This document shows, piece by piece, positions 11,432-25,655 of a stretch of DNA of 64,000 bases. The notes beneath the pieces were generated by a model, which saw nothing but the letters and a program-made list of their open reading frames with translations, made no database searches and was not told the origin of the DNA. Location of the stretch: NCBI GenBank assembly GCA_965113315.1, contig OZ220366.1; one strand, written 5' to 3'. Both the position numbers and the translations under genes were made by a program. This DNA is from Podarcis vaucheri (taxonomy: Eukaryota). The number at the start of each line of letters is the position of its first letter. Within the stretch, counting starts at the first letter, position 1.

Positions 11432-12768
11432 GAAGCAACAATAAATTAAACATTTAAAAATACAAAGCCAAACTAAACAATTTCCACATAAATCACAACA
11501 AAATCTAAAATAAAGATACAAAAAACCCCAGCAACAACCACACAAACAAAACCCCAAACAGCATTCCAGCCCAAGAGTCTGTTCAGCAATCAACAATCAG
11601 CCTCAGCTTTTGTAGCTTGCAATCAGTCAGGGCTCCACCCTCCCAGGCCAGGTGGAAAAGGTCTGCAAGGCAGGAAGGCAGGTGGAAAAGGTCTGCAACC
11701 CAGGACTCACAGGCAAGATGGTCCATATTTGAACACCAAAGGTAATTAACACAGAAGTATGTTGGCATTGAATTTTAACCTTATACATAAGCTGAGTGAA
11801 CAATTATGTTTAGACCAAAAAAATAAATTGGAATTAGCTGTTTATGTTTTGAAATGTGTTGCTGTAAAAAGTTCAGTTATGACCCTTGCTTTCCAAAGGA
11901 CAAAAAAGTCTGAGTCAACTAAACATGTGGGCAATTTTGAAGCATTGTAAAACTCAGCCTGCCACAGCCTACCTGTCTTTAAAAGGAAGCAAGTTTCCTA
12001 ACTGCAAAAAGCAAAAAAAAAAAAAAAAAAAAGGTAAAGTAAATCTGTTGTACTAGGAAGACAGAATGTTCTAATTATAGAATCCTAACTTGTGATATGT
12101 GCTTTAATTTCTCCCATAAAACAGTGCCAGCCTAGAGGCACCCATGAATTTAATGCTTGTATTGCCTTAATTTTGTTTGTTGAAACATAATTCTAGGTTG
12201 TGACAAATCTGTTTACACATTTACTAACTTTTCCTGTGTAAAACCCAAAACCTTTTATGTCATATCTGGGTAAATGTTTTCTTCTGTGCTATTGATCCAA
12301 AGCATGATTTTCTGTCCCAGAGTGTGCTGGAGGCCTAATACAAAATCCTATGTTTTGCTGCTAGTGGTAACAGAGCATGGCTGAAGCTAAAATTGGGTTG
12401 CAATAAACTATTATTTATTTCAGAAAATTTATATACCACTTGATTGTAAACCACTTTAAGGGTTTAAAAACAACAGCAACAGACTATACACTATCATTAT
12501 CTGCAACACAGTCCTAAGTGTTTGTTTAACAGTAAGGCATCCTGATAAAATGAACCTGCACCCCTTTTTTTTTTTTGCCACTAACCCAATTGGTGAGGAA
12601 GGGGAATTCTGAGGACATCCCTTCTCTCTCCGTAACTTTAGGGCTCCAGTGCATGCAGCATGTAGCTGGATTTGAAACCACATGAATAGCGAAGGGTGAT
12701 ATCCAATGTTTGTCAAAGCAGACCCTATTAAGGAAATATGCATGGATGCTTGCTTCTGCATACTAGTA

Positions 12769-13010
12769 CAGTGGGACCTCAGGTTACAAATGCTTCAGTT
12801 TACATACGCTTCAGGTTACAGACTCCGCTAACCCAGAAATAGTACCTCGGGTTAAGAACTTTGCTTCAGGATGAGAACAGAAATTGTGCGGCGGTGGCGC
12901 AGCGGCAACGGGAGGCCCCATTAGCTAAAGTGGTGCTTCAGGTTAAGAACAGTTTCAGGTTAAAAACGGACCTCCGGAATGAATTAAGTAGGTAACCAGA
13001 GGTACCACTG
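12769..13010. mobile_element. Tigger-like MITE, CAGGTTA family
   Basis: TA|CAGTGGGACCTC...GAGGTACCACTG|TA; internal match to 5988-6222. Confidence 0.92.
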
Positions 13011-14517
13011 TAACTAATTTGAATGAATAGCAGGAATTGCTACTAAATAAATACATATTTGTAGCTTTTAATTAGAATAAAAGAGTTTTGCTATTCAGTT
13101 ATAGCTCTCTCTGACTTTATATTTTATTTAAAATTAGACAAATTAAAATTTATTTTCTCAGTAGTCTGTATTTTTAAACAAATTTTTCTTAGTTTTGAAC
13201 AAGCAACTTAATAAAATGTTTCAAAGGGCTCATGTGAGATGAATTTTTTTAAATAAAAACAACAACCAAGATTATTTAATTTCACCATCTGTTCAGACTG
13301 AAACCGCAATCAGCCAGGAGGTCTCCCATGTGTGCAAACCATTCTAGTCTGAATGGCTGCAGAAAATAACAGCATGTCAAGCAAGTTCAGTGTTCCTTGT
13401 CATTTGAGAGAATGACTCTAGTGAAAACTGTAGCAAAATGAGCTGAGATACTTTAAAGGATAAGATACATCCTTACACTCTGGATTTAGCTCTGCTTTTA
13501 CAGACTTACTGGCTGTCTTGGGCCATATGTTGTTACATCATATTCTCTGCACGTGGCAATTTAAGGCTTCATTACCATCTGCCTGATTTGCATGCATTTC
13601 CATGGTCCTTAATGTTGACAGCTGTGTTCAGAGGCCATTGCCACCTGCCACATGATAAATAACCTCGTATGTGGAAAATATGAATGGATAGTCGAACAAA
13701 TTTATATTGCCACATCTGCCTCTGTCATGGTCTTTTGATGACACAATAGGACAGAGGGGACACCACCTAAATTGGCCACTGTTTGCCCAGCCTAAATTTG
13801 TATTCCTAATACATATCCTAATGTTAATTCATTCATATACATACATATTTTTAAAAACCTACAGATTTTGGATGCAGAAATAGTCTAGCTGAGCTGGCCC
13901 AAATAATTAATCCATTTCTAATTAGTATTGGAATGGTGTCTTTTAGGAGGAAAGGCCACTCTTTCCAGACTTTTCAACTGGATTTGAAGTGAGCCCTGTT
14001 TTATAAAGAATGAGCTTTGATGTGGTTGGGGGTGATGAATAAGTAGGGGTTACTCCAGAATAAGTACTTTGGACAAGAAAGGGAGTAAAAAAGGCCATGG
14101 TTAGGAGAACAATAATTTACTCCTTGGACCGCAAGAGCTTGAAGTCATCCTTGAATGTTCCTGCATCTTTTGTATTTAAATATACATTTGTCAAATCAAA
14201 GGCAGTATAAACTATTTTAGGTTGCAGCATGTACAGTTTCAGGACTACAACTTTGAGCTCTGAGAGGAATTCCAAATTGTGCGCCTCAGGAGTTTAATGG
14301 GAGAAAGGCTAACACCTTCACACACTGATGAAATTTGGATCATGCTCTTTGTTTTCAGTCACTCATGTTGTATTCCTTGTATTTGGCTTGTTAAAAATAT
14401 ACCCTCTTCCTTTAAGTGTGATGAAAATAGTAATCATAGTTAAGTGTTGTCATTTATCTACTTACTTGAGAGTAAGCTCAATTGAACTCAATGGGACTTC
14501 TGAGTATATATACTGTA

Positions 14518-14735
14518 CAGCGGTACCTTGGGTTACAGACGCTTCAGGTTACAGACTCCGCTAACCCAGAAATAGTACCTCAGGTTAAGAACTTTGTTTC
14601 AGGACGAGAACAGAATTTGCGTGGCAGAGGCAGCGGTAGGCCCCATTAGCTAAAGTGGTACTTCAGATTAAGAACAGTTTCAGGTTAAGAACAGACCTCC
14701 AGAACGAATTAAGTTCTTAACCTGAGGTACCACTG
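14518..14735. mobile_element. Tigger-like MITE, CAGGTTA family
   Basis: TA|CAGCGGTACCTT...GAGGTACCACTG|TA. Confidence 0.92.
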
Positions 14736-14959
14736 TATACAGGATTATACTGTAAAAAAAAATAAGAATCCACAGGTCACTTTAAACATAATCACTTTAT
14801 TTGTGAGTGTTTACAGACACTGTACTCAAAATTGGTGGACAACAAAGCATGGAAACAATAAAAAAAATGCTGAATATTGATGTGTACTTTTATACATATG
14901 TTGGGCTTTGAAAAGATGGACTCACAATAAAAGCAAAACTGCAATTACTAAACATTAGT

Positions 14960-15075
14960 GACGATTCCCAAAAGCCTGGGGGGAAAGCCATATTTTGCAC
15001 TGGTGTGGGCACTAGCTGAATTTCAGGGAACAGGAATTTCCAAAGCCAGGGTGCCACCACAGAGAAGGCCCACAA
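14960..15075 (-). mobile_element. Old L2 3' fragment
   Basis: Minus-strand translation WAFSVVAPWLW resembles the L2 ORF2 C-terminus RAFSVVAPALW. Confidence 0.6.
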
Positions 15076-15349
15076 GTCACTGCCAGATATGCAATTCCAA
15101 GTGGTAGGTAGGACACTAAGTAGGGCTATCTTAACTCACCAGCAGGATTGTAGGGGGGCAGGAGGCTAGGCAATCCTTCAAATGCTTTTAAGTATTCAGT
15201 AATGTACTGCTTAGAATTTGTAAAAGGAGTGTACCCCCTTTGAAGTGAGTTATGTATGCAGATTAAAAGGGAGTGTTGTGGTACCTCCATCAAATCATGC
15301 ACCTAACAGGATGAAGCCCGAGTGAACTTAATGGAACTGACTTCCAAGC

Positions 15350-15560
15350 AAGCCTGTGTGGCATAGTGGTTAGAGCGGTTAAAGTGCCGGACTAGGGCTT
15401 GGGAGACTAGGGTTAAAATCCCCTGGGGGCTGGGTGACCTTGGGCCAGTCACAATCTCTCAGACTAAACTCCCTAAACTGTTGTTGAGATTAAATCAGAA
15501 GGGAGAGAACCATGTAGGTTGAGCTCCTTGAGCAAAAAGAGGGGGATATAAATGCAATAA
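15350..15560 (+). mobile_element. Older Squam3/MIR-like SINE
   Basis: tgtggcatagtggttagagc head, gctgggtgaccttgggccagtcac core, and gggatataaatgcaataa tail. Confidence 0.7.
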
Positions 15561-15779
15561 TGTAAATATAAAACCTGTGTAGGATCCAGGTGCATATTTT
15601 GGCAGGTGTTTTCAATGACGGAGCAGGTTCACCAAAAACCTGTGCCAAAATGACTTTAAAGTGCCACAAGGCTCCTCCTCTTTTCTTGCCCTGCTTGACT
15701 GCAAGGCAAGAGGCTTCAACAAGACTGGCTCTCTGTGAGGAAAAGTTGGGTGGGGTTTTTAAAAAAACATTTCAGTTTG

Positions 15780-16890
15780 GCGGCTGCGAGGCAGAGCTGT
15801 TTGGGAGGTCGCCCGCTTTGCCTCCGAGCGGAATGCAAGTCGCCTCCCCGTTCCCGCTGCCGCCGAGAAACCCACGCGCCTCGTGGTAACCATTGTTTTC
15901 TGTGCTGAGGGGAGGCTGTAACTCGACCGACCTGAAGTTCTTGGCAGAAGCGAGAGAGGGAGGCGGCTGCAGCAGCAGCAGCACCGGGAACGTCCTGCCC
16001 AACCCCGGGCCGAGAGGAGCCCATGCTCCGGCTGCCTGGGGAGAGAGAGGGCGGGCCGCGGAAGAAGGGGCGTGCTCGGGAAGCGGCCATGGCTCCTCCT
16101 CGTGGGCCGGGCGGCCGAGGGAGCCGTGCAGCGTTTCCCGCCTCCACAGGGGGCAGAAATCAGTGGCTGGCTGCTGCTCGGCATACTTCCTTTTCCCCGC
16201 GTCCTGCCGCTGGAGGACCGGACTAGAAACTTGGGAAAGAGGGCTGCTGCTGCGGCGAGCGCGGGAAGGGACCGAGGGGGAACAGCCGCCTCTCGCAGCC
16301 GCCAAAGCACGAGGAGGAGGAGGAAGGAGAGGGCAGCAGCAGCAGCAGCCCTCCTCGTTTTCTGCCGGTGCCGGGGAAGATGTCCGGCGGGAGCAGCCGA
16401 AGGAGAAGCGGCTCCTCCTGGCACAGCAGCTTCTCCCGACTTTTCTCCAGGAGCCCGTCCAAGGAGCAGGAGGCAGCGGGCACAGCAGCAGCTGCTCCTC
16501 CTCAGCAGCCGGGCGCACGCAGGTAGGGAAAGGGCGCGAGCAAGGCCGGCAGCGGCGGCTCGTCTTCTCCTTCCTTCCTCCCTTCCTTCCTTCCTTCTGG
16601 GCTCGGCTGAAGAAGTTGCTGCCCTTCGCGGGCGGGTGGTGGCGGCTCGGGCGCCTCAGCCCCTTCTTCGCGTTTCCCTCGTCCCCGGCCTTCCCCGCCG
16701 GTCCCAGCTCGTCTCTGTCGCGGCGCCCCATCGCTGGGCGACAGAAGCAGCTGTCTTGCTGCTGGGACTGGCGGGGGCAAGTGCGCGCGGCTGTGGGCGA
16801 AAGTGGCATTTCCTGGTGGTACAACACGGCCAAACCGTGCGGGCAGGACGCTTCTTCGCCGCAAAAGAGTGTGTGCTGGGCGGGTTGAAT
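15780..16890. promoter_or_regulatory. CRYBG3: CpG island: promoter, 5' UTR and exon 1 of CRYBG3
   Basis: Abrupt GC- and CpG-rich block with GC boxes (gggcgg) and short CAG runs, enclosing the CRYBG3 start codon. Confidence 0.9.
16380..16522 (+). CDS. CRYBG3: CRYBG3 exon 1 (coding part, 143 bp)
   Basis: ATG TCC GGC...CGC AG|gtaggg. Encodes MSGGSSRRRSGSSWHSSFSRLFSRSPSKEQE..., resembling the recalled human [29 protein letters not shown]. Not listed in the ORF track. Confidence 0.92.
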
Positions 16891-19557
16891 GAGACTGGAT
16901 CCCCCCCCCCCGGGTCATTCGAGTCCACTGCCTTATTTCCTTTCGAGCTCTTTCTTTCCCCTCCTACTTTCCCAAAGAAATCAGAGTTGGACCCGATTTC
17001 GATTTCAAGCACTTTCTCATTTTGGAACAAAGCATTTGCCATGAGGCATTCTAGTCAGAAGGCGGTGACCTTAACGTGGCACTCCAGATGTCACTTGCAA
17101 AAAGGGAGTTCGTGGGGACTGACAGGGCAAGCGATGTCTTTCAGATCAGTATATATATTTTTGGTGAACTGCCTTTGGGTCGTGAGTTGTGATGGGCAGT
17201 ATGTAAATATTCTAAAAATAAATAAATCTATTACTCCAGCAGTTAACAATTACTGGCAAGCACATCTCTGAGGTTGAGCATTCTGAAGTAGTTGATATTC
17301 CATATGGATGCCCTTAAAGTTCACTTCCTATAAAAGCAACTTCCCCCCTCCTCTCCTGCCAAGCAATTCTGACTGAAGAAGTACAGTATAGCTGCCATCC
17401 TAGACATGCTTTCCTGGGAATAAGCTCCCTTTAAAGCAGCAACTTGCATCCTGCTAAACATGCGTGGGACTGTGCTACAGCAACATAACACAACTTTTAG
17501 TAAAGTAACATAATTTTGAATCTCTGTTAGGAATAACTTTTCTCACATACAGGAAATGCAGAGGTTCTCTGTAGAAACTAATTACTGTGCAATTATTTGT
17601 AATCACATTCCAGAGTCTGAGTTAACCTAGTCCTATTACAAACCTCCTGACCAAGCCCACAAAATACTGTACTATGAAACTGCTTTACTTTAGCATACAG
17701 TAGCCCCTCATTTCACATGCATTTGACTTGTGTCAATACGCAGTTAGAGGTGGGCTGGTTGAAATTGTGCAAGTCAAGTCTCAAGGAAGGCAGAGGATTT
17801 TAAAGTTCTTTTTGAACCAGGTTGCCCAAGCAGACCAAGCAGTGAGAAAGGAGCTTTTAAGCTCTTTGCCTTTCTTGCTGGGAAAGGCCCACTTGGTGCA
17901 TTGGTGCTGAGAGTGCTCTCTTTCCCTTCACCCACTAGCCACAGGGCAACTGAAGAGGTTTGACTATATGTGATCTACATGCATACGTGGGAACCTTGGA
18001 ACCGAACCTGCACATAAGATGAACTATGTATTAGACCTCTCCACGTTGCTTCATCTGGTGAATAAGCAGGTGTATATCTTTAAATGGGGTTTTAAATGTT
18101 TATTCTGGATTTTAGCTAAACCATAATTAGAATCAAGTGTTTTTGTTGGTTAAAATGAAGGAATAATTCCTTCACAGAAATATATTTTTGTTTCTGGCTT
18201 TGGCCATTTATTGTACAGGAAGTTGTAAGCCATTTGGCATCTTGTCTTGGTTTTTGTTGAGCAATGAGTCCTCTTAAGGTATGACAAATAATAAGATGGA
18301 AGATTTCCTAGATTATTAAACAATGTAAACAAAAACATTGTTTGTTTAGGAAACATGCCACAGATTGGCTTGTAGTACTGGTGCTACTATAAGTTGGAAA
18401 ATTTTCTCTTGTGTGTAAAATAGAAGAAGAATGTGGAATAAACTTGTTCTGAATTGCACTGGACACATTTCTGCTTAAAATTGCATATGACTTAGTCCCT
18501 TATATCCATCAAGTTCATTATGAATAGGATGCACGTCTATCTCAACTGTGTGTAAATCTCCCTGGTTTACTGATTACTATCTCCAGAAGTAAATAGTCTT
18601 GACACCTTGCTGGGTTCCTTCATGAGGAAGGGCATAGTATAGAGTGAATAAATGAATAATAATAATACAGTAATAGTAATATCACTGCAGTGGTGTAGAG
18701 AGTTAAAAGTTTTCATTTATTTTCATTGACCAAATGTAGCCTACTATATATGAATGTTTAAAGTGACACAGTATGAGTACTGAACTCCTCCCTACCACAG
18801 CATGTACATTAGATGAAAGTTTTAAGACAATATGTGCAGTGTTAATGAGCCCTTTACAGTCTTGGGAGACTGTCATTTGATTCAGAATGTGATAATAGAT
18901 TTTCCACTGTATAGCAGGTTTGGATGTGGTAAAGATATGTTATGTACATGAACTATGTGTTTATAGTTGTAGCATATGAGTGATGTAGACTGATTATGTG
19001 GGCTTTATTTATAAATATTTCTAGGTGGCTTGCAACATAAAAACACAAAAGCCATTAAGGCAACAGAAGATAAACACTACCAAGTATTTATGAGACAGTG
19101 CTGTCTTAAATTGAATGTTAAAACCATATCTGCATTTAATAACTGTTTTATTAGAATAAAGTTTATACTTTTGGATTCTAATTAACTATTGTTGTCTAAT
19201 AAACATTTTCATGAATGGAATATTCATTTAGGTTATAGTTACAGTTAAATGCTTACCATAATCTCTTGCTATCCTTGACTCTCCCTCCTCTCCCCTCTAT
19301 TGTCTATTTTTTATCGTTGGCTTTTGGGGAATGGAACCGTCTTCTTTTTCAGTTTGCTACATGCACTTAAATGGATGTGCTGTACAAAAAATTAACAGTG
19401 ACCCACATCTATTGGCTGATATCCAACATTAATCTTAAGAGTACATCCGTTTATTCCAGCAGGTCTACTATGACTATAACTGAGTTGGATCTCACCCTTA
19501 GAGTAGAATAATTTAGTTACTGTGCATCAGATGGAATGCCCCCCCCCAAACCAGATA

Positions 19558-19789
19558 CAGTGGTACCTCAGTTGTTGAATGTAATCCATCCCAGAAGACC
19601 GTTCGACTTCCGAAAAGTTTGAAAACCGAGGTGCAATGGGCAGTTGGCAAATTCCATTGAGAAATGCGCCTCAGAAGCCATTCGACTTCTGAGGCGCATT
19701 CAAAAATGGAAGCATTTACTTCCGGATTTTCAGTGTTCAAAAACCAAAACATTCGGCTTCCAAAGCGTTCAACAACCGAGGTACCACTG
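19558..19789. mobile_element. Tigger-like MITE, TTCGA family
   Basis: TA|CAGTGGTACCTCAGTTGTTGAA...TTCAACAACCGAGGTACCACTG|TA; related to 54794-55043. Confidence 0.88.
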
Positions 19790-22700
19790 TATGGGCAAAT
19801 CCCCCCCCATGCTGCTAAACTACAATTCCCATCATTCTTGGTCCCTGGCCTTGCTTGCTGGGGCTGATGGGAGTTGTAGTTCAGTCACATCTGGAGGGCT
19901 AAAAGTTTCCCACCCCCAATTTTAAAACACATTTCTTTAGCTCATGGTTGCAAGTAAAAGAACATAAATGTTGGCTTATGTTTGGCTGAAGTTTAACTAT
20001 ATGGTTTAGAAAACTGACAACAGTGAATAGTGAAATGAAGTAGCAGTCCCATGGAGCTAGCACACTAAAGAGCTTAGTGGTTGCTGCTGCTTTGCTGTGG
20101 AAAGATCTTGCAACATATCAGCTGATGATCTTCACTGGAGAGTGTTCCTGTTTGCTGGCTTCGTTGGAGACAGCTGGCTGAAGGACCTAGCAGTTGTGAG
20201 GCTGCTCAGCCTTCAGAGATCTCTCTGTCCCGCAGTATTGTGACAAAGCCTACTCTTTGCTGGAGAAGGCAAGTAGAATACTGTAGCAGAGAAGGCTTAT
20301 TACTCAGGAGAAGAGGGAGGAGTTCTTCTGACAACCTCCACCAAACATATACAACCCTTTTCTAGCTGTCCCAAGGCAAGCATCTGTATATTAACCAACA
20401 TTTTGGATGATACTGTACTCCTGGTAGCCTAATACTAGTACTATTAGACAATGCAGGGACTTGGTTTGGAGCAAATATGAGTTTGATTTAATATTCTGTG
20501 CGAGGTTAGGATGGTTCGTCTGGTAGAGATCTTCCAATGCCTAACCCCCTCCTAAGATTGCTCTCATTTGTCCATTCAGTGCTGATGAACCAGGTTTGCA
20601 AAAGGTCACTTTCTGTTAATCACTCTGCACTTTTTAGGACAGATAATTTTGAATAAATATGATGCTTGATTTATACCCTTGAATTCTGGAGTTGAGTATT
20701 GTACAGAGTAAAGAAGTACAACTGCAGAACTTTCTTTGACCACTGGAAAATGAGTTCTAGCATCTTGTAGTACTGAAATAATTTAAATAACTCTTATTTA
20801 TTTTGCAATGCCTGCTAGGATTTTCTTTTGCTATTACTGTATTTTATAGCTGAAATGAAATTGCTTCTTGGCGTTTAAAATTGCTACTGCTTAGAGTTCA
20901 CCATAGACATCATTTTCAACATCATAAATATAACTGGCACTTTAAACATTTACATAATCCTGTTTTAAACTGCTGGATCTATTCGCATATGCAAACATGG
21001 GCCAGTATCATGCGGTCAATATTTTGTATGAAGTATTAAGGTCAATATTTTGTTTTCAAATACAAGATATTGCTGCTCCTTTCTTTGTAATTGTTTAAAT
21101 TTAATCAAAATTCAATATTCTCAAATGTGTTGCTGCAAAGTAGCAGAAACATTACTTTTAATTTGAAAATCATGTTGGAATCTTCCTATGACCTATTTGT
21201 CTAATGTATAGTCTGTATTAATATTAGTTGCTATGCTTGACAGATGACAGTAGGAAAATCTCAGTGTAATCTGCCATAATCCTGATGCTCAATATTGACC
21301 TTGAGCTCTGTACAAAAATAAAACATTCTGATGTTCATATGTACTGCAGATTAAAAAATTTGCTTTGTGTAATATTGGTCAACAATATGTATTTTTAATG
21401 TAACAGTTAAAATTTGGTGACAGTTTTTTGTGAAATTCAGAGGGAATGGGAAGATTCTGATGTTCTCAGTGGTTGTAATGTTTCTGTTTTTCCCTCTTTC
21501 AACAATCCTAGCATCAGTTAAGATTATTTTCATGTAATCTTGAAATATAGATTGTCTTGCATGGATTTAAATAATTATTTTGCACAATTAAAACTTCCTT
21601 GTTTCTCTTGCAGTCATAAAAAATGGAGCTGTTTAAGTTTTTAGTCCAAATTGGTCAAGAAGAATGTGCATTTTATTTTTGCTTTCCAAATTGGAGCCCT
21701 AAATCAGAAATAGACCCATACTGTTTAGTTCCCAGGTTGTGAGCATTATGTGAAGCAGAAACAGTTTCCTAGTTGCAGGCTCCTATGAAGGGGTGGTTCT
21801 TCCTCACCCTGTAGCCACCTTCCAGGCTGTTCTGGAAGGCCCTCCTGAAATTTTAAGATCTTTGAGGGGCTGCAGAGGAATCTGAGAAAACAGCATCCCC
21901 CAACTTCCATTTGCAGATTAAAGGCCCAGAAGCGAATAGGCCTGAAAAACAGCACCAAGTAGCTGATTGTTATAGTGAAACTCAGCGGCTTAGTTGCACA
22001 AATAGCTGGTTGCCTTAGCTGTTATCCTCAATATTAATAATTCTTTATCCTTTCAATATTCCTAGATTATTTGAACTTTTAAAATAAAATAAAGGCAGAG
22101 AACTCCAATATGCTCTCAGGAGGAATCTAAGGGAGAGCATGTGTGAATGTAGCTGAATTAGAGGCACTTTCTGTAGTAGCTCGTATGGCAATTGCATCCA
22201 TAACTCCATGTATCCCTGAACTTTTCCCCGTATCCTTACTATCCTCTGTCAGCCCCACCACCACCACCATTGTGCTACTTAAATTAATGAGGGATACTGA
22301 CACTAGTATTCTACTCAGTCCTAGCAGGGTTTAAATTCTATTGCTGTCAAGCATCATTGGAATGCCAACACCCTGCATAGTCTTTGAAAGTCCAACCCAG
22401 AACCCCTGTCTTCCAGTTTTACCCCTCCCATACTTACCCAACATACTTACCCAACTGCATTGTCAAAGCCAAGACATCTCTGTTCTCCTGCCAGCGCTCA
22501 GTTTCCTTCTAAGTTCCAAGCATTGCTGCCTAATACGGCAAACAAATGTTTGTATACATAATGTGGGTGGGGTGGTTCAATAAAGGAAGAGAAGGGATGG
22601 GCTTTTTCTTTACACATTCAGAGGATTGTTGTGCAGAACAAAGGTAAGGAAATGCACTTGGACAGTCTTTGAAGATTTGTGTTCTCTTGTATATTTTTGC

Positions 22701-25300
22701 ACAGGCGATTCGATTTGATTTTCAGGTTAAGTGATTGAACTGGGCTGCTTCAGCAGCTTGGAAATAAAGTCTATTATAACATCTTGTATGTTCTAATTTA
22801 ATCTAATTTAATCTCACCTTTTTCTAAATCTTAGGCTCTGCATTAAGACTTTAATCATTTTCAAAGTGGGTTCATATTTCTTACAAATTCAGAATACAGT
22901 ATTTCAGAATAACTAATTTGGCTCCTGCCACTTTAATGAAAATTATAAGCAAGGTATATAAACAGGAGATTGCCTGTAAATTTTTCCGCATCAGTGTTCG
23001 TGACCCTGGGTTCCAAAGAAGTTGGCTTTGGGGGGGGGCAGTGGGTGTTCCATTCCATTTTGTAAGAAGTTGAATTTTCATTTTCGCAATAGTATTAAGA
23101 GGACACTATCTTTTCGTTCTGTTATTGGGTGAATGCTTAAGGGAGTGCAGTCATGTGGCCACTTTCAAAGGAGAATTGGAAAGTGGGAAGTAGTGCTCAG
23201 CCTTTCCTCTGCCTCCCTATTCTTCCCTGTAGTCCTCCCCTTTCCCCCAGGTCTTCAAGTCCCAATATGAATTTATTTCCAATCTCAGAATTGGCTAGAC
23301 GAAACTGCAGAAAAACTACTGGAGGACGAGAGAGCAGGGGAGAATTGGCAGAATTGCAGGACAGTTTAAGCGCTCGTTTCCCACCTGCCAATTCTTATCT
23401 GCAAATGCCATCTCACCTGTGCATTAGTATTAAATGTAGTAACATGTTTTTCCTCAAAAAAACTTATCTGAGCTAGATAGATTAGTTAGCATAAATAGGA
23501 GTTTTACTTGCAGTGCAAATAGCAGGTGTGGGAGGCCAGATCAGATCTAGAGGGCAAATGGTTAAAAAAAACCCTCTCCCATTAATCTGGCTCAACCCCC
23601 CCCCCCCCGCCCGCCCCATGTCTGTTTACATTTTGGAAAGTATTCATGCAGTTGCTAATTGCAAGAGTGGTGTCTTGTCTACCTAGGAGACAACTTCAAG
23701 TTAATTTTAAAGCGAATAATGTTTGAATAGGTCTAGAAGTAGTTTACAAGTGACTTTACAGAAAAGTTGTTGTTGATGATGGTGCCCAATAAGAAACTGA
23801 GAGTGTGTACATTTATTTGTTTAGCTGTTTCTCTTACCTTGTAGTGTTGCTAACTTTGTTGTTCCTGCCATTGTGTGTTTGTTTTGTACAGTTTCTTATA
23901 AATGGATGGCATTTTTAAACCAGATTGCTTCTACAGTGTATTACATTAGCTGTCCTCTGGTTTTAACATTATAGAGTACAGCTTTGTTAACCTCTAAGAA
24001 AGGCCATAATTCTTAATATCCTTTCTCATTTCAAAATACAGGAACACATTCCAGTGTTTGCAGAAACAGTGGATTGTAATTTTTTCCTGTATTGCAAGTG
24101 GGTCACAAAGGGTCCTGTTCTTCTAAATACTGTATATTATTGGCATCAGCAGTTGTAGGCTTATTGTTTACAGCTCTGGAAGGCAGCATCACTTAATGGG
24201 GAAAAGTACAGTTTGGGAATAACCAACCTTATCACTTTTTTTCCTACACAGAGAATTTTTGGATTTAAAACAGTTGGTTTACTTTTTGTATAAGTCATCA
24301 ACTAACAAGAGGCCTTGTACAAATAATGGCAAAAATCCAGCATACAGTATTGTATGTACTTAAATCATAATTTATTTCATTGGGTTTTAAGTACACTTGA
24401 CAGCTCTTGATTAACAGCCAGTGTAGATAACCTGACCGCCCAGTTTTCAAAAACGTTCTTGAAAAGGAGAAACTGTGTTGGCACAAGTATTAGTTAATGA
24501 GCTATAAACCAGAGAAAACAGAAATTTTCGTGTAGCCCAGGGTGACATAGAGATACAATGCTGATTTTCTATTAATCCATCATGGGTATTACCGTAACTC
24601 CTTCCCCCTACGTGATGCTTTATATAAATCTTCGTATTTTCTTCTCATCTAAATATTCATTTAAGGTATTTCTGAAAAGTATTGTTTTTTAGATTCTAAA
24701 ACCACCTCATATTTCTCTTTCATTTTAAGTATTACTTCTTAGAATAAATAAAAAGCAGCTAATTTCAGTTTTGCTATACAAGATATACATTCACAGAAGA
24801 AAACCTTTTTTACTTACCAAAATGCTGCAGTCCTAAGCCCCAATAAATAAAGTGGACTTGCTTCCAATTTAACTTGCATCGGATTGGGCTGCAGTTGTAT
24901 CTTTTTGATAATATCAGTAGCAGAATTATGTAGAAAATTTTTATTAACTGAATTGCACTACACACACCAATTTTACTGTCAGCTTCTAATTCTTATGTTG
25001 GTGCATCCCTGTAACTGGTTCAAGCTCAGTCCTGTCCTAATTGTTTATACTTGGGAAAAGCTAGCAGAGATAATGTCATTACACTGAGGGAAGAAAACCT
25101 ATTCCATGTCTTTATAAGCAGACTAACTAGTCTTTGTATATTAACTTTACACTTTATACATCTCAAAATAATTGTCTTATGGCATGCAAACTTTCCCCAT
25201 TAATCTCCACTTTTCTCTGTGAAGTTAATTTGTGAAATCCATGTGTAATTTTTCATATGACGATTATATATGTGGCTTTCACATATGTACAGCAGGTCTA

Positions 25301-25655
25301 GGTAAAGGTAAAGGGACCCCTGACCATTAGGTCTAGTCGTGGCCGACTCTGGGATTGAGGCGCTCATCTCGCTTTATTGGCCAAGGGAGCCGGTGTACAG
25401 CTTCCGGGTCATGTGGCCAGCATGACTAAGCCGCTTCTGGCGAACCAGAGCAGTGCACGGAAACGCTGTTTACCTTCCCGCCAGAGTGGTACCTATTTAT
25501 CTACTTGCACTTTGACGTGCTTTCGAACTGCTAGGTTGGCAGAAGCAGGGACCGAGCAACAGGAGCTCACCCTGTCGTGGGGATTCGAACCCCCGACCTT
25601 CTGATCGGCAAGTCCTAGGCTCTGTGGTTTAACCCACAGCGCCACCCGCGTCCCA
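25301..25655 (-). mobile_element. Full-length Sauria SINE (Squam1) with 13-bp target-site duplication
   Basis: Minus strand starts GGGACGCGGGTGGCGCTGTGGGTTAAACC, has a B-box GGTTCGAATCCC and an (ACCTTT)n tail. TACAGCAGGTCTA is repeated at 25288-25300 and 25656-25668. Confidence 0.93.

Noticed and set aside
15716-17271. Overlapping 140-400-aa ORFs on both strands
   Set aside because: Stop-codon depletion in the CpG island. The real coding frame is the short exon 16380-16522, which matches CRYBG3.
17698-18030. Possible old Tigger-like element (TA|CAGTAGCCCCTC...)
   Set aside because: The left end looks right, but no convincing matching right TIR could be established by eye.
20580-20604. Alternative candidate for CRYBG3 exon 2 (ag|TGCTGATGAACCAGGTTTGCAAAAG|gtcact)
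   Set aside because: Phase-compatible, but the donor is weak and the similarity poorer than for 27688-27766; cannot be supported without RNA data.
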